A stretch of DNA of 64,000 nucleotides from Heteronotia binoei (taxonomy: Eukaryota), in NCBI RefSeq assembly GCF_032191835.1, contig NC_083240.1, forward strand, positions 18,848,001 to 18,912,000, given 5' to 3'. A program made the translations under genes and the position numbers. Below are positions 48,101 to 57,306 of this stretch, in pieces. The first letter of the stretch is position 1. Each line of letters opens with the position of its first letter. The notes beneath the pieces are model-generated. The model did not search any database and was not told the origin of the DNA. It saw nothing but the letters and a program-made list of their open reading frames with translations.

Positions 48101-51100
48101 GGGGCAAGTGCCCCCTCTGCCCCCCCCCCCCCCCATCAGGCCCTGGCATGAACCAATACATGGAGGTTCGGTCTGCAGGGAGCCACCCGCCTCCAAACTC
48201 CAGCGAGCTCTCTTTATACCAACAGAGCAAAGTGAGTCATGTGCTCCTGGGTCAAGCAGCGTTCTTGTGGCTCCTGAACCTCCACAAGGGAGCCAGGCCT
48301 TGAAAATGGATGTGCCAGAAAGCGCCGAGAGAGATGCGGAGTCCTCCCCCTTCCAGCCCTACCTTGCTTGCGTTGGCCTTGGCTGGGCTGAAAGGTGGCC
48401 TTCTTAGCCACTCCGTGCATCGTTACGTAGTTCCCAAACCTGCCCCACCTTTTCAGAGCAGAGGAAAATGGGCAAAGCCCCTAATGCTTCATGGCTTTCT
48501 TGTTTCCTTGGAAGTTTCTACTCCCAGTCTTAACTTCTGCAGCTCACTCACAACTGGTCTTTTAAGATATATACAGGAGGCTTCCCAGCCCAAGTTTTGA
48601 TAATCCCCAGAGAGCACATGTGGAAGAAATGAACTCCAGAGGCAGGGACACAAAGACATAGAGGGAGAAGACTGCAGATTTATACCCCGCCCTTCTCTCT
48701 GAATCAGAGACTCAGAGCGGCTTACAATCTCCTATATCTTCTCCCCCCACTACAGACACCCTGTGAGGTGGGTGGGGCTGAGAGGGCTCTCACAGCAGCT
48801 GCCCTTTCAAGGACAACTCCTGCGATAGCTATGGCTAACACAAGGCCATTCCAGCAGCTGTAAGTGAAGGAGTGGGGAATCAAACCCGGTTCTTCCAGAT
48901 TAAGAGTCCGCACACTTAACCGCTACACCAAACTGGAGAAAGACCAATGCAATTATTTGTGGCAGCCTCCGAAGAGTTGCCATGCTAGTCTGTTGCAACT
49001 GGAACATCTTGTGACATCTTAAAAGACTGGCTGTGGCAGAAACTTCTGTGGACTAGAGGCCGTTTCATCGGATGCACAAAACTATTTTCAGCTGATGGAT
49101 CTCTCTCTACCCAGGCACAAAAAGAAGAAAGTTGTGTTTTCTCAAAAAAGGAAACCAGATGGGACTGCGGTCCAAGAGAAGGGATCTTACATTTTCAGCG
49201 TGGATCAGGAATGAAAACATGATCTGGCCCAAAGAACTAAAGGTCTAGACAGAGCAGGGGTGACCCACACCCAACCACTGATGGCACAACAACACAAGTG
49301 CCCCAAGTGTGCCAACAAAAGGACGACGCTTCATGGCTCTGGTCCACAAAGGCTTCTGACACAGTAGATGTACTTAGTCCTTAAGGGGTACAAGACTCAC
49401 TGCAGCTTTCATAACCTTTGTGCACTCCATGGAAACGTTAAAGACATCAAAGGTTTCTGACCCTCAAGACCTACCACTGCCAACTGAACTGGCTTGTCCC
49501 AGCCGCTCCGGAATAAGCTCCGTGAGTTAGGCTTTGTCTGAGCCCTTTCTGCTTCATGCCCAAGGGCAGGGCAACAACACCCCTTCCCGTGTGTGAGTTT
49601 CCCCTCTGCCAAAGTGAGAAGCCACTATTTGGTTCGAGAAGTGCCTCGGCACCTCAACAGAGGGGACTGCCGCTGCGAGAATGAAGTTCTCTTCCCGTGT
49701 GCGTCTTTTGGAACTCAGCCTGTGTCACCAGTTTTCCAGCTTGCTTGATTTGCATGAGATCAACGTACCTGAATTCGCCGGTACAAAACTGCCTGGGAGG
49801 GAGAGAGAAAGGGGGGGGGGGCGGAGAGAGAGACAGCTGTGAGTCAAATCCATTCAGTGGCTGATTGAGGGCACTTGAGCTACTTGGACAAAAGCAATCT
49901 AAATCTCAGAAGGGCAAGCAAGGCTGTTTCTACACTTAACAGAAGATCCTCTCTCGGTGCACATTTAAAACGTTCATCTACATTGCATACTGCCGTCACT
50001 TCTGTCTTGCTTTGCATTATCTTAAGTTGTCTACACTCATTTTCTTGAATTGGCACCAAAAGTGGTTTCACTCTGGAGTTGCTCCTCACTTTAGAACAGG
50101 AGTTTTCTGCAGGCAGATTCGATGCTCATAAAATCAGAATCAACCCTGAGTGTAGAAACAGCCCAAGTTACAACTTTAAGGATCATTTCTGCAACAAATA
50201 ATCCCCAAAGGAAAGGAACACCGAAGAAAACCCAGCCCGCAAGCCGGCAAAAAGCTCTGCAAGCAGGCCACCTGGAAAAGTACAGTTGCCAACGAGCCTG
50301 GAGAAAAATGTCCTCTCTACCCTTTTGCGGTTGTTGTTTGCCGTTGTTGTTTTTGCTACTGACTTATGGCGACCCCTGGAGGGGTTTTCATGGCAAGAGA
50401 TGTTCAGAGGTGGTTTGCCATTGCCTGCCTCCGCATCACAACCCTGGACTTCCTTGGAGGTCTCCCATCCAAATACTAGGCCCGAGTCGATGCTGCTCAC
50501 AGCTTCTCAGATCTGATGAGATCAGGCTGGCCTGGGCTATCCGAGTCAGATCCTGTCCCCTTAATAGCAGGAGGGATTTGAGGGGGTTTTGAGGTGTTTT
50601 TTAACTCCGGTTTTAATTGAAATTTTGAAAACTATAATTGTAAGCCGCCTTGAACCACAAGGAAGAGTGCGGTATAAATGTTTTAATAAATAAGTAGTGG
50701 GCAGTTGAAGCTTCTCATAGCATAGAAGTAAATCATCCCCGTGTTTTTTTAATAGCAGGAACTTCCTTGCATATTAGGCCACGCACCTCTGATGCAGCCA
50801 ATCCTTCTGGAGCTTACAGTAGGCCCTGTACGAAGAGCCCTGCAAGCTCTTGAAGGTTTGGCTACATGGGGGGGTAGCCTGATATGCAAAGGAGTTCCTG
50901 CTATAAAAGCCCTGATCATATCCCATTTACTCTCTTTTAAAGGGACAGGGCACTTTTTTCTCTAGGCCTGCCGGCTATCCTGCTGACAGGTGGAGGGGTC
51001 CAGTGGTGTGCCAGCTACAGCTATTTCTTCCTTGGGTACACCCTGCCTGAGCATCTGCAACTAACAATGGGAGGAGAAATTCCTCCCGCCCCTTCTCAGA

Positions 51101-54100
51101 TGAGCCTCTGGCTTAGCCCTGAAGCCTTTTTCTAGACTAAGGGGAGCCAGGGCTTTTTTGTAGCAGGAACTCCTTTGCATATTAGACCACACACCCCTGA
51201 TGTAGCTAATCCCTCTGGAGCTTAAAGTAGGCCCTGTAAGCTCCAGGAGGATTGGCTACATCAGGGGTGTGTGGCCTAATATGCAAAGGAGCTCCTGCTA
51301 CAAAAAAGCCCTGGGGAGCACAAGGAAAAGAATGGTGCCCCCCCCACATTAGCTGCCACTTCCTTTTGTCTTCTCAAGCAAGACGTGGCCCTGGAGACAG
51401 AGGAGTGGCATGAACCAGAGCACTGTCTGAGCAATTCAAGAAGGAAAGCTGGGAAATTGGGTGTCGGCCTTCAGGAGGCCAGGTTCAGCCTCGGGGCTGC
51501 CATTCGCCAACCAATGTTCTTACGCGCTGGGAGATAAAATTCCTGGATTTATTGTTACTCTGCTACTGGTCCTGCCAACGGGCACCGTGTGTCGTGCCAG
51601 GGTGGAGAGCAAACCAGTCTAACCAGCGGTTGCATGATTTGCCACAAGATGTGTGTGTGGTTTTTTAGGAGGAGAGAGAAAGGAAACCACTGCCAAAATG
51701 TCAGGCTGGGGGAAAAACAACAACAACCAAGATTGTCACAATTTAACCAAGCAAATCAGAGGCAGTCCAATCATCCGTAATGAAGGGGGCCTTTCAGGAA
51801 TCAGCAAAATAACGGGGATTTAGTCAGGATGTTTTACTTCATATGTTAAAACAAGCACAAACTGGTTGCTAACACATATCATTATGATTCCTTATTTCCA
51901 TGTGCAGTGATTTCGGTTTTCTGTGTGGTTATATGATGAATTAGGTGGCTACAAAGCAGCACAACCACTGTACACCTTGATTCCTCCAGAACTGCTTTTT
52001 ACCTAAGCCCACACCTTTTGAAAATGGAGGCCAGACTAAGCCTGGTCTAAACATGTCACAAAATAAGGCGGTAGAGCCCTGACGTGATATAACGGACTGT
52101 ACCACCTTAGGTTGTAGGTGGAACAGTCATTCTCCCCAAATAAAAACTATGAAAATAAACAGCCCACCAGGGAGAAAAGTTCTAGCCTAGCCCTTTGCTT
52201 GCTGTGCTAGTTTTCCACTTAAAAGAAAATTATTAATTTAGCAGACCTTTGTAGAATGGTACCCTTCAACTGCAGTCCAAAGTAGCATGGTCTATATTAT
52301 CACCTCAGCACTCTGACACTTCCTTATATCTCAGAGACCCAGGCCTAATTCGAGATCATACCAACCCATACAATTCTACCATTTTACAATATGGATGCCT
52401 AAAATTTTGACTTACATGCAGAAATATAAAAAAGGTAAAGGCAGTCCCCCTGTCGTTTCCGACTCTGGGGTGACGTCGCATCACGATGTTTTCAAGGCAG
52501 GCTTTGGTTTGCCATTGCCTTCCCCAGTCAGCTACACTTTTCCCCCAGCAAGCTGGGCACTCATTTTACCAACCCTGGAAGGATGGAAGGCTGAGTTGAG
52601 CTGGCTACCTGAACCCAGCTTCCACCAGGATCTAACTCAGATCGTGAGCAGAGAGTTCAGACTGCAATACTGCAGCTTTATCACTCTGCGCCATGGGGCT
52701 GGTTATGCAGAAGTATACAGATACACAAAAGCTACAAATACACTTGGAAGCTGCTTCACGACAGCATGGCAATTTGACACCAAGATCCAGCATGGTTAGT
52801 GGTTAGATTGTCAAACCAGGATCTGGGAGACGCAGGTGTGAATTCCCCATCTGCCGTGGAAGCTTGCTGGGTGACCTTGGCCAATCACATGCCCTCAAGC
52901 CTAACCTACCTCACAGGGTTGTTATGGGATGATACAGAGAGGAGCACAAAGCAAACTGCTTTGGGTTCTCTTTGGCGGGGAAAGGTGGGGTATAAATGAA
53001 GCAAGTAAATTTTGTACAGACTCGTGTAAGGCTGCTGTCTCAAAAGTCCCAGTGCTGCTTTCCTTCAAAACTGAAACCAACCACCGATTAATCATGATTC
53101 GTCCTGCCATGACTTGGGTAAGCCTAAAAAGGCACCCTAACAATTCAAGGGGTAGGGATGAGTTTAATAGCAAGATTTCTCTCTTCATTAGATGGCTAGC
53201 AATGAGTCCCAAACCCATTCCATCCTTAGCCCTTCTGGTTTTGCGCTGGTTTGCCAACACAAAGTATAGACAGCTTTCACCCAAGAAACAGTAAGCGGTA
53301 GAGTCACGCCACTCTGTACCCAGAGATGATAAGAGCCTGCGGAGACAAGAACAGCTAGTTCACAGGTTCTGTTAACCAATGTTGTTGTTCAGTCGCACAG
53401 TCGAGTTCAACTCTTTGCAACCCCATGGACAAAGTCACGCCAGGCCCTCCTGTCTTCCACTATCCTCCAAAGTCTGCTCAAATTTGTGTTTGTTACATCA
53501 GTAATGCTGTCCAGCCATCTCATCTTTTGCCGTCCCCTTCTTCTTTTGCCTTCTGTCTTTCCCAGCATCAGGATCTTCTCCAGGGAGTGCTCCCTTCTCA
53601 GTTGGTAGCCAAAGTATTTGAGCTTCAGCTTCAGCATCTGACCTTCCAGGGAACAGTCAGGGTTGATTTCCCTTAGGACTGACGGATTGGATCTTGCAGT
53701 CTGAGGAACACTCAAGAACCTTCTCCAGCACCACATCTCAAAAGCATCTATTCTTCTGTGCTCGGCCTTCCTTATGGTCCAGCTCTCACAGTCATACGTT
53801 ACTACTGGGAATACCATCACTTTGACTATACGGACTTTTGTTGGCAGGGTGATGTCTCTACTTTTTATTATACTGCCTAGGTTCACCATAGCTGTCCTCC
53901 GAAAGAGCAAACGTCTTTACTGTTAACCAATGGAAAGGCAAAATTTGAAAGGTGGGGCCTCGATGCAGAACTATGGAGCTGGACTCCTCCAGCATCTCTG
54001 TGTGGCCCAATCCACATTTGCCTGGCATTAACCACAAGAGTGAAAATGTCCCTCAAGGTGCCAGAAGCAACACATGGAAAAAGCGTAGAAACAGAGACTA

Positions 54101-56981
54101 AGGACTATCAACAAATCTTGAGCTTCTCGTACATTATAGAAAAACCACCACAGCGCAATCACATGAAAATGTGAAGCTGCCCTATACTGAATAACTCCCA
54201 AAGTCAGTGTTGTCCACTCAGATTGGAAGCGACTCAGTCTAAGGTTCTGGGCAGAGGTCTCACATCACTTATGACGTATTCCTTTTAATTGCAGATGTTG
54301 GGGATTGGATTTGGGACTTTCTGCATGCCAAGCAGATGCTCTGCCACCGAGACACAGACCCTCTGCTGTAGAGTCACTCCAGAACAAATCCACTGAATTC
54401 AAACTGGAGTGACTGTGCATAGGATTGCAGTGTCATTAGAGCTGCCAACTTTGGCCAGGGAAATTCCTGGTGATTTGGGGTTGAAGACTATGGAGGGGGG
54501 AAATGTGGAGAGGGATTTCAACTAGGCTGTAGAGCATACCATAGAGTCTGCTCTCAAAAGCTGGCATTTCCTCCAAGGGAACTGATCTCTGTATGCTGGA
54601 AATCAGTTCTAACTGTGAGGTGCCAAGGCCTCCCCTGGAGGTCACCAACTTTTGGTCGTATGCTGGTCAAGTGATTAGCTGTTACCAGAACACTTTGAAG
54701 GGGAGGGATGGTGGTTCAGTGGTAGAACATCTGCTTGGTAAGCAGAAGGTCCCAGATTCAATCCCCAGCATCTCCAACTAAAAAGGGTCCAGGCAAATAG
54801 GTGTGAAAAACCTCAGCTTGAGACCCTGGAGAGCTGCTGCCAGTCTGAGTAGACAATACTGACTTTGATGGACCCAGGGTCTGATTCAGTACAAGGCAGC
54901 TTCATATGTTCATATAAGTGTACACTGAAACCAAGCACCTCCCTGCACAAAAAGTTTACATAACAAAATTTGAGCAAGGGGTAGAGTGGGATGAGTGCTC
55001 CTTGCTGTTAAGCCCTGCAGGAACTGGAGGGAGTGCTGATTTTCTCCCATCACCTATGACAGCAGAGATCTCCTAGATCTCCTCTATGGCTCCAAGCCTA
55101 TGGAACCAACTTCCAGAGGAAATGCGGGCCCTGCAGGACCTTGAACAGTTCCGCAGGGCCTGCAAGACCATCCTCTTCCGATTGGCTTTCGCTGACGAAA
55201 AAGGAAATTGTCAAGAAAACCGCCATCATAAAAGTAAACATAGCACTAATACATTTTATTAATTTTAAAAATTTAATCAGAATTTTAATTAAACTGTTAA
55301 ACGTAGTTTTATTCAATTTTGTATAATCAATGTATGAATCATGTTGTTAGCCGCCCTGAGCCTGCTCCGGCGGGGAGGGCGGGATACAAATAAAAATTGT
55401 TGTTATTGTTAGAAGTGTCAGAGTGCTCCATGTTTTTTTAATTATTATTTTGCAATATATTTCATCTGCTGTTCATTTCTCCAGTTTTGTAGAAATGGTT
55501 GTTCCAGCCACCATTTGCTGAACTAGTTTTTAAGACCAAATCAATACGTTCCCCTGAAAAATGAATACATCTCATGACCAAACTAAAATTTAAAAAACAA
55601 AACCTTCCCAAAGCACAGTATTTAGCAGCAACCAAAATAGGGTTCTAGCAGCTTAACTTGGCCCACTCTATAAAGCTTTGTACAAACCAGTGATTTTACT
55701 TTAAAAACATTGTCCTTTTTACTTCAAAAACACTGCTACATATTTTAACTGAGTGTATACACACACCCATTCACAGGTACTTTGGCTTTATAGTTTTAAT
55801 AGCATAAAAAGAAACAGCCACTGACTGTGTTCTAGATTAAAGCCCAAAGAGTGAGGGTCATTTAGTGAGCTGTTCGCATTTCGCAGACTTTAAGAAAAAA
55901 AAAGCAGATCTGATAAAAGTGATAATGGTTCATTAATTAAAACGAAGCAGCACCATTTGTTTCTAGGATGGATATCAATTCCAAGCTAACCGAGAAGTGT
56001 ACTGAGACAAAGCAGGAGTCAAGGTGCACCTTTAAGACCATCAAAGTTTTATTCAGAATGTAAGCTTTTGTGCACCCTAAGCCCTCTTCATCAGAGGAGG
56101 ACTCAGATACAGTGAGAAGAGCTACATACAGCTGGTAGGCAGTGGTGTAGCATGCAAAGTGGTACAAATTTAAAATCCAGGGACAGAATAGCAAAAATAA
56201 CATGTCGAGCAAACCTTTGATCTGGGTAGCATGAGCGCGAGAAACAAAAAAAACAGTAACATGTCAAAAGGTGAGAATGTCTGCTAATCACTCTACTGTT
56301 TATAAGCCTGGGCCAAAATGAGGCCCTTTCTTTCTCAGAAGTTTTTCCCATCCAACTAATTCACCTTTTAACATGTAATGAGTGTAATGTATCGCTCCGA
56401 GTCAAGGGACCCCGGAACGACCTGCCTTAGCCAGTCGGCGGTTACTCGCGTGCCTCCACCCCTTAAGAGCAGAGAGAACCACTCTACCCCTCAGGCCTCT
56501 ATGGTGCTAGGCCTCAAAAGCTATGCGTAAAACGAGCGACTCCCGGCATACACTTCCGGTCTTAAACGGAAACGCGGCCATGATTTTCCCACAGAGCGGA
56601 CTCTCTATGCCATCTTTCCTCTATGATGAAGCGTTCAGGCGGCTACACTCCGAGGGAAGTTTCATTCCGGAAGCGCCGAAGAATGCAGGATGGCGTCGCT
56701 CTAGCCACATGGCGTCGCTCTAGCCTCTATGGCTACCCCCCCCCCCAACTCGGCATGGCGGCCTACCTGAAATTCTCTGCCGTTTTGGGCACCACGTCGG
56801 CGAAGAGCTCCACCTTCATGCGGCCGACCTCCTGGGCGAGAGCGGAAGATCAGACCGGCGTCTCCCTCGCACGCGCCGCTCCCCCCGCCCTGCCCCGCCG
56901 CCTCAAGGCGCCTACCTGGCCTCCGATGGTGATGTCGAAAAACACCACGGGGTTGTTAGGATTGGATGCGAGCACCGCCAT
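36041..56981 (-). CDS. PPIH: Peptidyl-prolyl cis-trans isomerase H (U4/U6 snRNP cyclophilin H), 9 coding exons, 177 aa
   Basis: complement(join(36041..36109,37769..37809,40399..40486,42120..42212,45645..45687,47858..47902,49769..49792,56767..56831,56916..56981)) = 534 nt. [70 protein letters not shown]...[14 protein letters not shown]. Confidence 0.98.
36285..36583. mobile_element. hAT MITE (CAGGGGTGGCCAAAC family)
   Basis: TIRs CAGGGGTGTCCCAACT / AGTTTGGTCACCCCTG; TSD TTCTGGGG / CTCTGGGG. Confidence 0.88.
36815..37026 (-). mobile_element. Short older Squam3-type SINE
   Basis: Minus head GGCAGCCAGTGTGGTTTAGTG. Confidence 0.75.
37031..37225 (+). mobile_element. 5S-derived SINE with internal deletion
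   Basis: CCCGATCTCATC..AAGTACTTCAATGGGAGAC..GGGAATACC; body as 44573 copy. Confidence 0.75.
37769..37809 (-). CDS. PPIH: PPIH exon 8
   Basis: 41 nt, [13 protein letters not shown]. Confidence 0.96.
38784..39616. mobile_element. Second hAT-type element with long internal inverted arms
   Basis: TIRs CAGGCCCCATAGCCA / TGGCTACCGGCCTG; perfect TSD ATTGTGTG at 38776-38783 and 39617-39624. Confidence 0.88.
39090..39354 (-). mobile_element. Long Squam3-type SINE nested in a hAT element
   Basis: Same family; about 10 nt of head missing. Confidence 0.9.
40399..40486 (-). CDS. PPIH: PPIH exon 7
   Basis: 88 nt, [29 protein letters not shown]. Confidence 0.97.
40810..41024 (-). mobile_element. Short Squam3-type SINE
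   Basis: Minus head GAGAACCAGTGTGGTACAGTGGTTAAG. Confidence 0.8.
41027..41238 (-). mobile_element. tRNA-derived SINE with CR1-like tail, young copy
   Basis: Near-identical inverted partner of 54700-54913. Confidence 0.85.
42120..42212 (-). CDS. PPIH: PPIH exon 6
   Basis: 93 nt, [31 protein letters not shown]. Confidence 0.97.
42305..42830 (+). mobile_element. CR1 LINE ORF2 (RT C-terminal) fragment, decayed
   Basis: GATCTTGGGGTTGTAGTGGA, GGCCTCACTTGGAATA, AAAGTGCAGAGGAGGGCAACCAAG, GAGGAAAGGCTGAAGAG, TTAGAAAAGAGACGACTAAGAGGG. Confidence 0.85.
42945..43153 (-). mobile_element. tRNA-derived SINE with CR1-like tail
   Basis: Same family; further copies about 3640-3836 (+), 7600-7770 (+), 54170-54363 (-), 58153-58361 (+). 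Confidence 0.8.
43345..43524. mobile_element. Palindromic hAT MITE (CAGGGCTTT family, foldback type)
   Basis: Whole element is an inverted repeat; perfect TSD CATATTAT. Confidence 0.9.
44573..45000 (+). mobile_element. 5S rRNA-derived SINE (SINE3), interrupted by a hAT MITE
   Basis: TCTCGGAAGCTAAGCAGGG..AGTACTTGGAAG|GGAGACC..GGAATACCGGG is 5S-like; body shared with 37031-37225. Confidence 0.8.
44657..44850. mobile_element. hAT MITE (CAGTGTTCCCTCTAAG family)
   Basis: Perfect TSD CTTGGAAG at 44649-44656 and 44851-44858. Confidence 0.9.
45645..45687 (-). CDS. PPIH: PPIH exon 5
   Basis: 43 nt, [14 protein letters not shown]; AAG acceptor (ttttcttttcaag|). Confidence 0.95.
46941..47218 (-). mobile_element. 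Long Squam3-type SINE
   Basis: Same family. Confidence 0.9.
47858..47902 (-). CDS. PPIH: PPIH exon 4
   Basis: 45 nt, [14 protein letters not shown]. Confidence 0.96.
48666..48936 (-). mobile_element. Long Squam3-type SINE
   Basis: Same family. Confidence 0.9.
49769..49792 (-). CDS. PPIH: PPIH exon 3 (24-nt microexon)
   Basis: ctcccag|GCAGTTTTGTACCGGCGAATTCAG|GTACGT. Confidence 0.95.
50330..50550 (-). mobile_element. 5S-derived SINE with RTE-like (CAA)n tail (5S-Sauria-like)
   Basis: Minus TGATCTCATCAGATCTGAGAAGC..TAGTATTTGGATGGGAGACC..GGGTCGCCATAAGTCAG; a head-only copy lies at about 57384-57484 (-). Confidence 0.75.
51148..51313. mobile_element. Palindromic hAT MITE (foldback type)
   Basis: 77-bp arms with 5 mismatches around a 12-nt loop; older copy about 50739-50914. 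Confidence 0.9.
52431..52699 (-). mobile_element. Sauria SINE, near full length
   Basis: AAAGGTAAAGG tail on +; tRNA-like head at right end. Confidence 0.85.
52782..53010 (+). mobile_element. Short Squam3-type SINE
   Basis: Head, CCTAACCTACCTCACAGGGTTGTT, GGGGTATAAAT tail. Confidence 0.75.
53382..53919 (-). mobile_element. RTE/BovB LINE, 5'-truncated 3' fragment with 13-bp TSD
   Basis: [66 protein letters not shown]; (CAA)n tail; TSD CTGTTAACCAATG at 53369-53381 and 53920-53932. Confidence 0.95.
54700..54913 (+). mobile_element. tRNA-derived SINE with CR1-like 3' tail, young copy
   Basis: GTGGTTCAGTGGTAGAAC A box, GATTCAATCCC B box, ..CTGATTCAGT..GCAGCTTCATATGTTC tail. Confidence 0.85.
55085..55410 (+). 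mobile_element. L2 LINE 3' end
   Basis: TGGAACCAACTTCCAGAGGAAATGCGGGCCCTGC..GCCGCCCTGAGCC..GGGCGGGATACAAATAAAA; tail shared with Squam3 SINEs; shorter tail at about 50590-50695. Confidence 0.75.
55995..56330 (-). mobile_element. Penelope-like element terminal fragment
   Basis: Minus CTGATGAAG..AAAAGCTTAC..AATAAAACTTTGATGGTCTTAAAGGTGC; related pieces about 6770-6850 (+), 58045-58140 (+), 48985-49075 (-). Confidence 0.65.
56767..56831 (-). CDS. PPIH: PPIH exon 2
   Basis: 65 nt, [21 protein letters not shown]. Confidence 0.97.
56916..56981 (-). CDS. PPIH: PPIH exon 1, coding part
   Basis: ACCATGG start; CAG|GTAGGC; 66 nt; 84-nt intron 1. Confidence 0.96.
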
Positions 56982-56989
56982 GGTGACCA

Positions 56990-57130
56990 ACTCTGACCTG
57001 GAAGACGATCGGCTCAGCCACCCATGGGGATCAAAACGGCCTTTTGGCGTCACTTCCGATTCAGCTGGCCGCCGCCATTTGCGGGGCAGCAAGCAGGACC
57101 GCGTTATCCTCACTGTCCCCTTCTCTTTGC
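56990..57130 (-). promoter_or_regulatory. PPIH promoter (CpG island about 56380-57130)
   Basis: Minus strand AAATGGCGGC (YY1, about 57080-57071) and CGGAAGTGACG (ETS/CRE composite, about 57058-57048). Confidence 0.85.
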
Positions 57131-57256
57131 CTCGATTATGTGTCGCTTTGTTGGCCCTAATAAATAATAATAGTTGTTATTGTTGATAATAATGAACAGT
57201 ACTATGGAGTTTACTTCCTGTTTTTTGCCTAGGATGCCCTTCTAATAATGTTTGTT

Positions 57257-57274
57257 TCTCTCTCTCTCTCTGTC

Positions 57275-57305
<31 letters not shown>

Positions 57306-57306
57306 A
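57257..57306. repeat. Compound microsatellite (TC)n(TA)n(TG)n
   Basis: Directly visible. Confidence 0.95.

Noticed and set aside
54700-54775. tRNA genes at SINE heads
   Set aside because: A and B boxes run into repeat bodies shared by many copies; no complete cloverleaf with acceptor stem.
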